Positions 28,643 to 38,588 of a DNA stretch of 64,000 nucleotides are shown one piece after another. The position numbers were made by a program, and so were the translations under genes. The DNA is taken from NCBI GenBank assembly GCA_963770835.1, contig CAVYRH010000005.1, positions 348,051 to 412,050 on the forward strand, in the 5' to 3' direction. Every line of letters begins with the position of its first letter. Within the stretch, counting starts at the first letter, position 1. The notes beneath the pieces were generated by a model. That model was not told the origin of the DNA, made no database searches, and saw only the letters and a list, made by a program, of their open reading frames with translations. The DNA comes from an uncultured Pseudomonadota bacterium. Lineage in GTDB: Bacteria; Oederibacteriota; Muellerivitia; Muellerivitales; Muellerivitaceae.

Positions 28643-29583
28643 AAAAGGCGGAAATGAAAAATATCAAAGCACCCTCCTCCGTCTTTGATGCCTATCCCTG
28701 GGTTTGGAAATCCTGTCTTACCCTTTGGCCCCTTTTCTTAGTCCAATTTCTTTTCTTGGTCCTCCAATACGCGACGTTTTTTTTGTGCCTAGCCGTGCTC
28801 TTTGGCCCCTTTATTACCCATAACATTGATCAAATCGCCGAAGGACTTAAACATCCCCAAGGCTATGATTGGACCCCCATTGTTTCCAACTGGGTTTCCA
28901 CCGCCACCGACCCTACTTGGATTGCCATTGCGTTTGGGTTGGTGCTGCTCTACGTCACGTGGTGGTGCCTTCTTTCCGCGATGTCGGATGGAGGTGTTTT
29001 CAGGACGTTTTGGGACTACTTTGAGAACGGTAAGACTTTCGACTGGGGTAATTTTTTTAAAAGCGCCTTCCATTGGATGATCCCCATGCTTTGGCTGCAG
29101 TTTTTCCTCTCGCTTTGGTTTTTAGGTGTATTTCTCGTTTGGCTGACACTCGTTGGCGTAGTCGCCGCGCTTCTGGCCTTAACCGGGGCAAGTGCTGGAG
29201 TAATTATTGTCGTTGCGGTTGTTTTGGGAATACCCTCCCTTCTTTTATGGATCCCATTTGGCATGGGGTTCACGGTTTTCAGTTTTTTGAGCAAGGCTTA
29301 TCTGACGAAAGGTAGGACCGCCCAAGAAGCCATCCGCGAGGCCTTTCACAAATTCAAAGCCGATAACTGGCAAGTGGGCTTGGGACTTCTCGTGGCTTTT
29401 TTAATCTATGTGGGGGTAAGTGTTTTCTTGAGGATGGCATTGCAAGTCATGAGCATGATACCGATTTTGGGAGTCCTTTTTTCGCTCCTGGATATGGTCG
29501 TTGGTATCGGGTTGGTCATTCTGATGGTGATTTACCTCTCGGGCCTGTCGGTGGCCTACCTCCAGGATGAGGCCAAGGCTTGA
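28639..29583 (+). CDS. Multi-pass membrane protein, unknown function
   Basis: 314-aa ORF with several hydrophobic helices, overlapping yajQ stop and recO start. Confidence 0.7.
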   Translation: MKKAEMKNIKAPSSVFDAYPWVWKSCLTLWPLFLVQFLFLVLQYATFFLCLAVLFGPFITHNIDQIAEGLKHPQGYDWTPIVSNWVSTATDPTWIAIAFGLVLLYVTWWCLLSAMSDGGVFRTFWDYFENGKTFDWGNFFKSAFHWMIPMLWLQFFLSLWFLGVFLVWLTLVGVVAALLALTGASAGVIIVVAVVLGIPSLLLWIPFGMGFTVFSFLSKAYLTKGRTAQEAIREAFHKFKADNWQVGLGLLVAFLIYVGVSVFLRMALQVMSMIPILGVLFSLLDMVVGIGLVILMVIYLSGLSVAYLQDEAKA

Positions 29584-30344
29584 ATTTTCAGTCCACGCGC
29601 GGATTCGTGCTGGCTTCCTTCCCCTACGCCGAAGCGGACAAGATTGCCCAACTTTACACCCTGCAACTGGGCCGGGTAAAAGCCGTCGTCAAAGGCGCAC
29701 GGAAACCCAAAAGTAAGCTGGCTTCGGCCTTGGATTTATTCAACGAGTCCGGTTTTTCACTCCATAATGGGCGCTCGGGCGACCTGTTCATTCTTAGCCA
29801 AGCCAAAGTTCTTAATACTTATTCAGAGTTGAAAAAGGACTTCCCAAGCATCACCGCCCTTCAAATGCTGGCGGACATCCTGATTCAAACGATCCACGAC
29901 TCGGAACCCCAGCCGGAAATTTATTCCCTGATCAAGAAAACTCTGGACGCACTGCGGGCCCAACCAGAACAGCCGGAGTTATTCTTGACGGCTTTTACCG
30001 TTAAATTGCTCGACCTTTCGGGTTATCCCCTCGAACTGGCCTTGTGCGCCGAATGTGGAACACCGCTGCAAAAAAAGAAGTCTTATCTTGTCCCCCATAG
30101 GGGAGGTGCGCTTTGCGAGGACTGTTGTCCCTCGGGGCCTGTCCGTCTCAAAGTTTCGGCCGCCGGCCTGGAGGTTTTAAAAAAAATCCGTAGTTTGCCT
30201 ATGGAAAAAATCCACATCCTCAAATTAAAACCAGTTTTCCTCAGGGCGCTTTTCCGAACCCTCTTGGAATACCTGGAACGAACCATTGAAAAGCAGTTGA
30301 AGACAGTCGAATATTACCTGAAATTGGTACCTGTCGAACTATGA
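29580..30344 (+). CDS. recO: DNA repair protein RecO
   Basis: YAEADKI..GRVKAVVKGARKPKS OB fold; CAECG..LCEDC zinc finger. Confidence 0.93.
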   Translation: MNFQSTRGFVLASFPYAEADKIAQLYTLQLGRVKAVVKGARKPKSKLASALDLFNESGFSLHNGRSGDLFILSQAKVLNTYSELKKDFPSITALQMLADILIQTIHDSEPQPEIYSLIKKTLDALRAQPEQPELFLTAFTVKLLDLSGYPLELALCAECGTPLQKKKSYLVPHRGGALCEDCCPSGPVRLKVSAAGLEVLKKIRSLPMEKIHILKLKPVFLRALFRTLLEYLERTIEKQLKTVEYYLKLVPVEL

Positions 30345-30829
30345 TCATTGTGCTCATGGGAGTGATGGGGTCGGGCAAGACGACCATCGGTCGAAAGCTT
30401 GCTGAAGAGCTCGGCTTTCTTTTTTACGATGCAGATGATTTTCATCCCCCGGCCAACAAAGAAAAGATGAATCGTGGTATTCCTTTGATGGATAAGGATC
30501 GGGCGCCCTGGCTTGGTATCCTCCGGGCTCAAATGGAAAAATGGAACAAGGAAGAGTCCAATGCGGTTTTGGCTTGCTCCGCCCTGAAACAAAAATACCG
30601 GGATTTTCTTTCGATGGGGCTTCGGGTTCAATGGGTTTACCTGAAGGGTGACCGGGAAATCCTGCGTCAAAGAATCGAAAAACGTACAGGCCACTTTGCC
30701 GGTTCACAATTGCTCGACAGCCAATTCGAGGCCCTGGAAGAACCGAACGGCGCCCTCGTAGTTGACGTCCGGGAAGACCCTGATACGATTGTTCGCCGGA
30801 TTTTCCAGCATTTGAAAAGAACGGATTAA
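30341..30829 (+). CDS. gntK: Gluconokinase (GntK/IdnK family)
   Basis: MGVMGSGKTT, DADDFHP.AN.EKM..GIPL.D.DRAPWL, ACSALK, LLDSQFEALEEP. Confidence 0.93.
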   Translation: MIIVLMGVMGSGKTTIGRKLAEELGFLFYDADDFHPPANKEKMNRGIPLMDKDRAPWLGILRAQMEKWNKEESNAVLACSALKQKYRDFLSMGLRVQWVYLKGDREILRQRIEKRTGHFAGSQLLDSQFEALEEPNGALVVDVREDPDTIVRRIFQHLKRTD

Positions 30830-30832
30830 TAT

Positions 30833-31009
30833 ATGGGTAGTGGAAGGGGAGCACTTGCCATTTTCGCTGCCGTTTTATTGGTAGTCGTCCTGTGTTATCC
30901 GAGCCAAACGTTTTTCTTGCTGAATTTCGTTTGGGATATCATCCTTCGAAACCTCCAGCCGCTCTTTCAAGGTTTTCTTAGCTTTTTCAAACATATACTC
31001 CCTAATTGA
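30833..31009 (+). CDS. Small membrane protein (58 aa)
   Basis: ATG 3 nt after gntK stop; MGSGRGALAIFAAVLLVVVLCYPSQTFFLLNFVWDIILRNLQPLFQGFLSFFKHILPN*. Confidence 0.5.
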   Translation: MGSGRGALAIFAAVLLVVVLCYPSQTFFLLNFVWDIILRNLQPLFQGFLSFFKHILPN

Positions 31010-31030
31010 CGCCTGATTTTTCAAAAAAGC

Positions 31031-31077
31031 TTGATTTCATTGAACTTCTGCCTATACTTGACTTTCTTTTCAACATT
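31031..31077 (+). promoter_or_regulatory. Putative suf promoter with overlapping Rrf2-type operator
   Basis: TTGATT-16-TATACT; ATACTTGACTTTCTTTTCAACATT resembles IscR-type imperfect palindromes. Confidence 0.45.
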
Positions 31078-31127
31078 CAGCAGATTATAGAGGCAAAGGG
31101 TTTTTAGGGTTTTTTAGGGAGTTTTCG

Positions 31128-31646
31128 ATGAAATTTTCGTCCACGGAAGAATACGGCTTAAGGTGCATGCTTCAAATGGCCAAGAAAGGCCATAAAGGTA
31201 TGACCAACATCGTGGAATTGTCCCAGAAAGAGGATCTCACCACGGCCTATGTCGCCAAAATCATGGGTACCTTGCGCAAGGGCGGATTGGTTCAAAGTAT
31301 CCGGGGGCAAAGCGGAGGTTATCAACTAGCCCGGCCGCCCCAAGAGATCAACGTCAACGAGGTGTTGGAAGCTCTGGGAGGAAAATTCTTTTCCCGGGAG
31401 GAATACTGTCTGACGCCCTCCGGGGAGCACGAATGCTGTATCCATTCCATGGATTGCGCCGTCCGGTCCCTCTGGACGGGACTCTCTATGACCATCACCA
31501 ATTATTTGATGCGGTGCAAACTTTCCGACCTCGTGGCCACCGAGCCAGAAATGGAAAAATGGCTAAATCAAACCCACAAGCCGGCCCATCCTCCCCTTGC
31601 CGCAGCCCTTTCCGCGGAAACGCCCGTTGGGAAACAGGAGGCCTGA
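31128..31646 (+). CDS. Rrf2 family Fe-S regulator (IscR/SufR-like)
   Basis: [27 protein letters not shown], Cys cluster C..CC..C; heads the suf operon. Confidence 0.9.
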   Translation: MKFSSTEEYGLRCMLQMAKKGHKGMTNIVELSQKEDLTTAYVAKIMGTLRKGGLVQSIRGQSGGYQLARPPQEINVNEVLEALGGKFFSREEYCLTPSGEHECCIHSMDCAVRSLWTGLSMTITNYLMRCKLSDLVATEPEMEKWLNQTHKPAHPPLAAALSAETPVGKQEA

Positions 31647-31647
31647 G

Positions 31648-33096
<1,449 letters not shown>

Positions 33097-33147
33097 AGGC
33101 CACTTGGCTACAGATGCGCACCGATAAGAATTTTGGAGAAATCAAAA

Positions 33148-33906
33148 ATGCTAGAAATTAAGAACCTAAAGGTTAGGGTTGAAGAAAAAGAAATCCTGAA
33201 GGGCGTGGATCTGACGATCGAGGCGGGCGAAGTACACGCCGTCATGGGACCCAACGGATCAGGCAAAAGCACCCTGGCCCACGTATTGGCAGGCCGGGAA
33301 GGCTACGAAATTACTGGCGGGCAAGTCCTTTTCGAGGGGCATGACCTGCTGGCCATGAAACCCGAGGATCGGGCGCGGGCGGGCATCTTCTTGGCCTTTC
33401 AATATCCTGTGGAAATTCCAGGCGTCAACAACACCTATTTCCTCAAGGCAGCTCTCAACGCGATTCGCAAGTCCCGGGGTGAGGAGGAACTGGACGCCAT
33501 GGATTTCTTAGAACTGGTCAAGGAGAAGCTTAAACCCCTCAAGATGGAAGAGTCCATGCTTCAAAGGGCGGTTAATGAAGGTTTCTCGGGCGGCGAGAAG
33601 AAAAAAAATGAAATCCTCCAGATGGCGGTCTTGGAACCCAAGATGGCTATCCTGGACGAGACGGACTCGGGGCTGGACATTGACGCCCTCAAAGTGGTGG
33701 CCGACGGCGTGAACGCTTTGCGCCACAAAGACCGAGCCATCTTGGCGGTCACCCACTACCAACGCCTTTTGAATTATATCGTGCCGGACCAGGTCCATGT
33801 CCTGGTGAACGGTCGCATCGTGAAGACGGGCGGCAAGGAACTGGCCTTGGAACTGGAGGAAAAGGGCTATGGCTGGATTACGGGGGCCGAGAAGGTGAAG
33901 GCATGA
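33148..33906 (+). CDS. sufC: Fe-S cluster assembly ATPase SufC
   Basis: GPNGSGKST, FLAFQYPVEIPGV, NEGFSGGEKK, LDETDSGLD. Confidence 0.97.
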   Translation: MLEIKNLKVRVEEKEILKGVDLTIEAGEVHAVMGPNGSGKSTLAHVLAGREGYEITGGQVLFEGHDLLAMKPEDRARAGIFLAFQYPVEIPGVNNTYFLKAALNAIRKSRGEEELDAMDFLELVKEKLKPLKMEESMLQRAVNEGFSGGEKKKNEILQMAVLEPKMAILDETDSGLDIDALKVVADGVNALRHKDRAILAVTHYQRLLNYIVPDQVHVLVNGRIVKTGGKELALELEEKGYGWITGAEKVKA

Positions 33907-35240
33907 CGGAAGCGGTTGAAATGAAGGAACTTTACATCTCTAACTTTGGGAAATCGGGAATAACAACCGGTGGAAAGGACGCCGCTTGGCTGAAGGACCT
34001 TCGGGAGAAGGCCCTGACTTCCTTCAAACATACAGGCTTTCCGACGACGAAGGATGAGGTTTGGCGGTACACCGATTTAAGTACCAGCCTTCTTAAAGTT
34101 TCGTTTGGGTTTGAGGCCGAAACGGCCACCCGGACGGTCGTAATGGCCAAATTGAAATCCATGGGATTTGCCACTGAGAAGGCCCATGTGATGGTTTTCG
34201 TGAATGGGCGCTTTTCCGCAGAGCTGTCCTCCTTACAAACAATGCCCAAAGGCATGACGCTTCAAAACTTAGCCGGAGCCTTGGCTGACGATTCTTTACG
34301 GCCGTTCCTGAACCATATTCACCCCTTCGAGGGCCGCGCCTTCACGGCTTTAAACATGGCTTTTTTCAATGATGGCCTGTTTCTGAGGATTCCCAAGGCC
34401 CAAACCTCCGCCGAACCCATCCATGTGGTTTATTTGTCCACAAACGCGGGAAAGAACACTCAGTCCCATTTGCGGAACCTGGTCTTAATGGAAGACGATA
34501 GCAAAGCCACCTTGATTGAACATTACCTGGGAGACGCTGTGAGCCCCTACTTGACCAACGTGGCAACAGAAGTTCAACTTTCCCGTGGGGCGGAATTGGA
34601 ACACATCAAAATCCAAGAGGAAGAGGCAAAAGCCTACCACATTGGAACCCTGGCCGTCCGGCAGGAGGAGGGGAGCCGACTGGTCTCCCGCATTTTCTCC
34701 TTCGGCGGGTTGCTGGCCCGCAATGAGGTGGAGACTGTATTGGCGGACAAGAAGGCCGAGTGTTCCCTGGAAGGTCTTTTCCTGGTGAAAGGAAAGCAAC
34801 ATTCGGACAACCGCACCTTCATTGACCACATGTCACCTGCCTGCAAGAGCGAGGAGTTCTTCAAGGGCGTCCTGGACGATGAAGGAACGGGCATTATGGA
34901 CGGCCATATCCTGGTCCGGGAAAACGCCCAGAAAACCGACGCCCGCCAGAGGGCCCATAACCTCCAGCTTTCCAATACCACCAAGGTTTACTCCAAGCCC
35001 CAGCTTCACATTTACGCCGACGACGTGAAGTGTTCCCACGGCTCGGCCACGGGACAGCTGGCGGAGGAGGCGTTTTTTTACCTGCAGTCGCGCGGTATCG
35101 GCCGTGAAGAAGCCAAAAGGATGCTGGTTTACGCTTTCGCGGGAGAGGTGCTGGAACGTGTCAAGGATGATTACGTGAAGGCCCCCTTAAGGCAAATGAT
35201 CCAAGTTTGGATGGAAGGAGATAAAGGGAAGAGGCTATGA
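33903..35240 (+). CDS. sufD: Fe-S cluster assembly protein SufD
   Basis: FPTTKDEVWRYT, KPQLHIYADDVKCSHG, FYLQSRGI. Confidence 0.95.
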   Translation: MTEAVEMKELYISNFGKSGITTGGKDAAWLKDLREKALTSFKHTGFPTTKDEVWRYTDLSTSLLKVSFGFEAETATRTVVMAKLKSMGFATEKAHVMVFVNGRFSAELSSLQTMPKGMTLQNLAGALADDSLRPFLNHIHPFEGRAFTALNMAFFNDGLFLRIPKAQTSAEPIHVVYLSTNAGKNTQSHLRNLVLMEDDSKATLIEHYLGDAVSPYLTNVATEVQLSRGAELEHIKIQEEEAKAYHIGTLAVRQEEGSRLVSRIFSFGGLLARNEVETVLADKKAECSLEGLFLVKGKQHSDNRTFIDHMSPACKSEEFFKGVLDDEGTGIMDGHILVRENAQKTDARQRAHNLQLSNTTKVYSKPQLHIYADDVKCSHGSATGQLAEEAFFYLQSRGIGREEAKRMLVYAFAGEVLERVKDDYVKAPLRQMIQVWMEGDKGKRL

Positions 35241-36523
35241 AGACCAAAATCAAACCGAAAAAACAAAAGCCTTTGTCCGTTCCCCCACGCTCCAGGAGAA
35301 ACGCGGCTTATGACGTTACGAAAGTACGAAAAGATTTTCCCATCCTCCGGGAAAAGGTCCACGGTAAGCCGCTGGTTTACCTGGACAACGCCGCCACTAC
35401 CCAAAAACCTCTTTCCGTCATCGAAGCCTTGGACAAGTATTACCGGGAATACAACTCCAACATCCACCGGGGCCTTCACCTTTTAAGCGAAAGGGCCACC
35501 GAAGCCTATGAGGCCTCCCGCATTAAGGTCCAAAAATTCATGAACGCCGCCGATTCGCGGGAAATCATCTTTACCCGGGGGGCAACCGAAGGAATCAACT
35601 TGGTGGCTCAAACCTGGGGACGGCAGAGCGTGAAGGCCGGGGATGAGGTGTTGGTGACGAACATGGAGCATCATTCCAACATTGTGCCCTGGCAGATGCT
35701 CTGCGGGGAAAAGGGCGCAACCCTGAAAGTGGTGCCCATCAATGACGACGGCGAATTAATTCTTAAGGAATTTCACAAACTTCTTACCTCCAAAACCAAA
35801 ATTTTGGCGGTCACCCACGTTTCCAACGCCCTGGGCACGGTGAACCCCCTCGCGGAAATCATCAAGGCGGCCCACGAAAAGGGCATAAAAGTCTTGGCGG
35901 ACGGGGCCCAGTCGATTCCCCATTTGGCCGTTGATGTCCAAGAACTGGATTGCGACTTTTATGTTTTCTCGGGTCACAAGATCTACGGCCCCACGGGCAT
36001 CGGGGTTTTGTACGGGAAGTACGCCTTGCTGGATTCCATGCCACCTTACCAGGGTGGGGGCGACATGATTTCCTCCGTCACCTTCGAGAGGACCCTTTAC
36101 AAAAAACCGCCCCATAAGTTCGAGGCGGGGACGCCTCATATCGCGGGCGTTATCGGCTTGGGTTCGGCCTTGGACTATGTGATGAATATCGGGCTCGGCG
36201 ATATCGCGGCCCATGAGCACGACCTATTGGTTTATGGAACCCAAAAGCTAAAAGAAATACCAGAATTGAAATTGATCGGGACGGCCCGGAACAAGGCAGG
36301 GGTCCTATCCTTCACCCTAGGGGAAATCCATCCCCATGATATCGGCACCATCTTGGACCGGCAGGGAGTGGCTATCCGTGCCGGGCATCATTGTGCCCAG
36401 CCGGTGATGGAAAGGTTCCAGATCCCGGCCACGGCCCGGGCCTCCCTAGGGCTCTACAACACCCGGGAAGAAATTGATGCCCTGGTGAAGGCTCTTCGGA
36501 AAGTTTTGGAGGTATTCGGCTGA
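35237..36523 (+). CDS. sufS: Cysteine desulfurase SufS
   Basis: YLDNAATTQKP, FSGHK (PLP Lys), RAGHHCAQP. Confidence 0.97.
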   Translation: MKTKIKPKKQKPLSVPPRSRRNAAYDVTKVRKDFPILREKVHGKPLVYLDNAATTQKPLSVIEALDKYYREYNSNIHRGLHLLSERATEAYEASRIKVQKFMNAADSREIIFTRGATEGINLVAQTWGRQSVKAGDEVLVTNMEHHSNIVPWQMLCGEKGATLKVVPINDDGELILKEFHKLLTSKTKILAVTHVSNALGTVNPLAEIIKAAHEKGIKVLADGAQSIPHLAVDVQELDCDFYVFSGHKIYGPTGIGVLYGKYALLDSMPPYQGGGDMISSVTFERTLYKKPPHKFEAGTPHIAGVIGLGSALDYVMNIGLGDIAAHEHDLLVYGTQKLKEIPELKLIGTARNKAGVLSFTLGEIHPHDIGTILDRQGVAIRAGHHCAQPVMERFQIPATARASLGLYNTREEIDALVKALRKVLEVFG

Positions 36524-36987
36524 TGTCGGATTTTAGCGATCTTTACCAGGACTTGATCCTCGACCACCAAAAAACCCCCCGCAATTTCGGGGATTTGGCC
36601 GACGCAAACCACCATGCGGACGGGTTTAACCCCTTATGCGGGGACAAGATCACGCTGGACCTCAAGGTGAATCCGGAAGGTGTGATTGAGGATGTTAAAT
36701 TCAAAGGGTCTGGCTGTGCCATCTCCAAAGCCTCCGCCTCTATGATGACGGTCGCCCTTAAAGGGAAGAGAACCGCCGAGGCCGAGAAGATCTTCACCCA
36801 GTTTCACGATATGGTCATGGGCAAGGAAGGCGCCAAAACCACGGACCTGGGCAAACTCAAGGTTTTCGGGGGAGTCCGGGATTACCCTGCCCGCGTCAAG
36901 TGCGCCAGCCTGGCTTGGCATACCCTGGAAGCCGCCTTACACGACGAGAAAGAGGTTATTTCCACCGAAAGCGGGGAGGAAAGCTGA
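36523..36987 (+). CDS. sufU: SUF system NifU-family protein SufU
   Basis: NPLCGD, GCAISKASAS, RVKCASLAW. Confidence 0.95.
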   Translation: MSDFSDLYQDLILDHQKTPRNFGDLADANHHADGFNPLCGDKITLDLKVNPEGVIEDVKFKGSGCAISKASASMMTVALKGKRTAEAEKIFTQFHDMVMGKEGAKTTDLGKLKVFGGVRDYPARVKCASLAWHTLEAALHDEKEVISTESGEES

Positions 36988-36988
36988 A

Positions 36989-37555
36989 ATGGCTTACGAA
37001 CTGGTCACCCTCAAGCGCGATTGTAAAGCCATCACCATCCCTTACGGCACCGAAACGGTCGTGTTCAAGGATGAGAAGGTGTATATCACCCAAACGTTGG
37101 GCGGCAGTTTTACCATCCAACGCGATAACGGCCAATTGGTGCGCATCGACGGGCAGGACGCGGACGTGTTGGGAAAGGAAGTTCCCGCTGAAGCCAAGGT
37201 TTTCAAAATCGAATACGGGGACGAAGCGCCCCGGGACGACAAGGAAATCGAAAAGGATGTATGGGACCGCTTGAAAACCTGCTATGACCCGGAAATCCCG
37301 GTGGATATCGTGGAATTGGGTCTCATTTATAGTTGTAAGATCACTCCCCATCCCCAAGGCGGCAAGAAAGTAGAAGTGGTTATGACGCTGACCGCACCTG
37401 GATGCGGCATGTCCACGGTCTTGAAAACCGAAATCGAACAAAAGCTCAGCCGCATCCCCGGCGTCAAGGAAGCCTACGTCGAAGTTACCTTCGATCCACC
37501 CTGGAACCAATCCCTCATGACGGAAGCCGCCCGGCTTCAATTGGGAATGATGTAA
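36989..37555 (+). CDS. sufT: Fe-S assembly protein SufT (DUF59)
   Basis: ITQTLGGSFT N-domain; CYDPEIPVDIVELGL, MTLTAPGCGM, FDPPW. Confidence 0.93.
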   Translation: MAYELVTLKRDCKAITIPYGTETVVFKDEKVYITQTLGGSFTIQRDNGQLVRIDGQDADVLGKEVPAEAKVFKIEYGDEAPRDDKEIEKDVWDRLKTCYDPEIPVDIVELGLIYSCKITPHPQGGKKVEVVMTLTAPGCGMSTVLKTEIEQKLSRIPGVKEAYVEVTFDPPWNQSLMTEAARLQLGMM

Positions 37556-37708
37556 AAAGAATTTTCCCAAACAACGTTAAACCAAGTGAGGCCTTAAAGG
37601 AATCAACTGGCGGGGCGATAGGCTTTTTTTGAAAAAGATGCTAGGAACGTTTTGCTATTAAATATAAAATAACCCCGCTTTAAACAAATTTTGAAAAGCG
37701 GGATATTT

Positions 37709-38185
37709 ATGGCCAACTTTAATCTGAAATCCATTTTGCGCGTCCTATTTATGAAAATGATTGGCGTAATTGTGGCCGTCATACTCCTCCCCATCGCCCT
37801 TCTTTTTCTTGCCTATCCCATTGTTTTATTGGCGACCTCTCAAGGAGGGATAGACGCCAAGGTCGCCCTGGTTTCGGACCATCTCAGTAAAATTAAAACC
37901 GGTTACCGGATCGGGGGGATCTTTACTGTGGCAGCGGAAAAGCCGGGAGTGAAAAAGGGCTCCAGCCCAAAGGCCGTTCTTGACGAAAATATCTACTGCC
38001 TTTATCCCGTTTTGCCGGACCAGTTGCAGCCAGTTAAGGGGGACATCATTCGTGTTTGGCCCTCGAAGAGACCGCTCTTGGGGGATCCCTCCACCGAGGG
38101 GTGGGGATGGTTTATCGCCGGTACGGTTTTCGTATTAGGGCTTGTCCTGTTGGAATTTGTTTTTTTGGTCCTTACCATGGCCTGA
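37709..38185 (+). CDS. Hypothetical membrane protein (2 TM)
   Basis: N- and C-terminal hydrophobic helices flanking a small soluble domain. Confidence 0.6.
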   Translation: MANFNLKSILRVLFMKMIGVIVAVILLPIALLFLAYPIVLLATSQGGIDAKVALVSDHLSKIKTGYRIGGIFTVAAEKPGVKKGSSPKAVLDENIYCLYPVLPDQLQPVKGDIIRVWPSKRPLLGDPSTEGWGWFIAGTVFVLGLVLLEFVFLVLTMA

Positions 38186-38324
38186 TTCCCGACAATTCTT
38201 CGTGACTTTCAAAAAATTTTATCTTTTTAAAAAAGTTTTCAAAGGCGGTGCTTTTGGATACTATGAGGGCCTTCCGGGACCCGCTCCCCGAAGGCTGTTA
38301 AATTTTATGGTAGAGGTTAGTCGA

Positions 38325-38525
38325 ATGGCTCAAGGGACCGTGAAGTGGTTTAAGAATGAAAAAGGTTTTGGCTTTATCTCCCAGGACGGCGGCGAGGACG
38401 TGTTCGTGCACTACTCCTCCATCCAGTCCGATGGGTTCAAGACTTTGAATGAGGGGGACCGCGTGGAATTCGAAGTCACCCAAGGTGAAAAGGGCTTGAA
38501 GGCCGAAAACGTCCGCAAAATTTGA
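38325..38525 (+). CDS. Cold-shock protein (CspA family)
   Basis: GTVKWF, KGFGFI (RNP1), DVFVHYS (RNP2). Confidence 0.96.
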   Translation: MAQGTVKWFKNEKGFGFISQDGGEDVFVHYSSIQSDGFKTLNEGDRVEFEVTQGEKGLKAENVRKI

Positions 38526-38542
38526 AGGATTTACCGCGCTTG

Positions 38543-38574
38543 AAAGCCCCTGAGTTCTCAGGGGCTTTTTTTTT
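38543..38574 (+). terminator. Rho-independent terminator after csp
   Basis: AAAGCCCCTGAG-tt-CTCAGGGGCTTT then T run. Confidence 0.88.
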
Positions 38575-38588
38575 GGGATAATGGCTCA

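Noticed and set aside
38142..38324. N-terminal extension of the cold-shock ORF in the ORF track
   Set aside because: Canonical CSP starts at ATG 38325 after a GAGG RBS; upstream frame covers promoter and leader.
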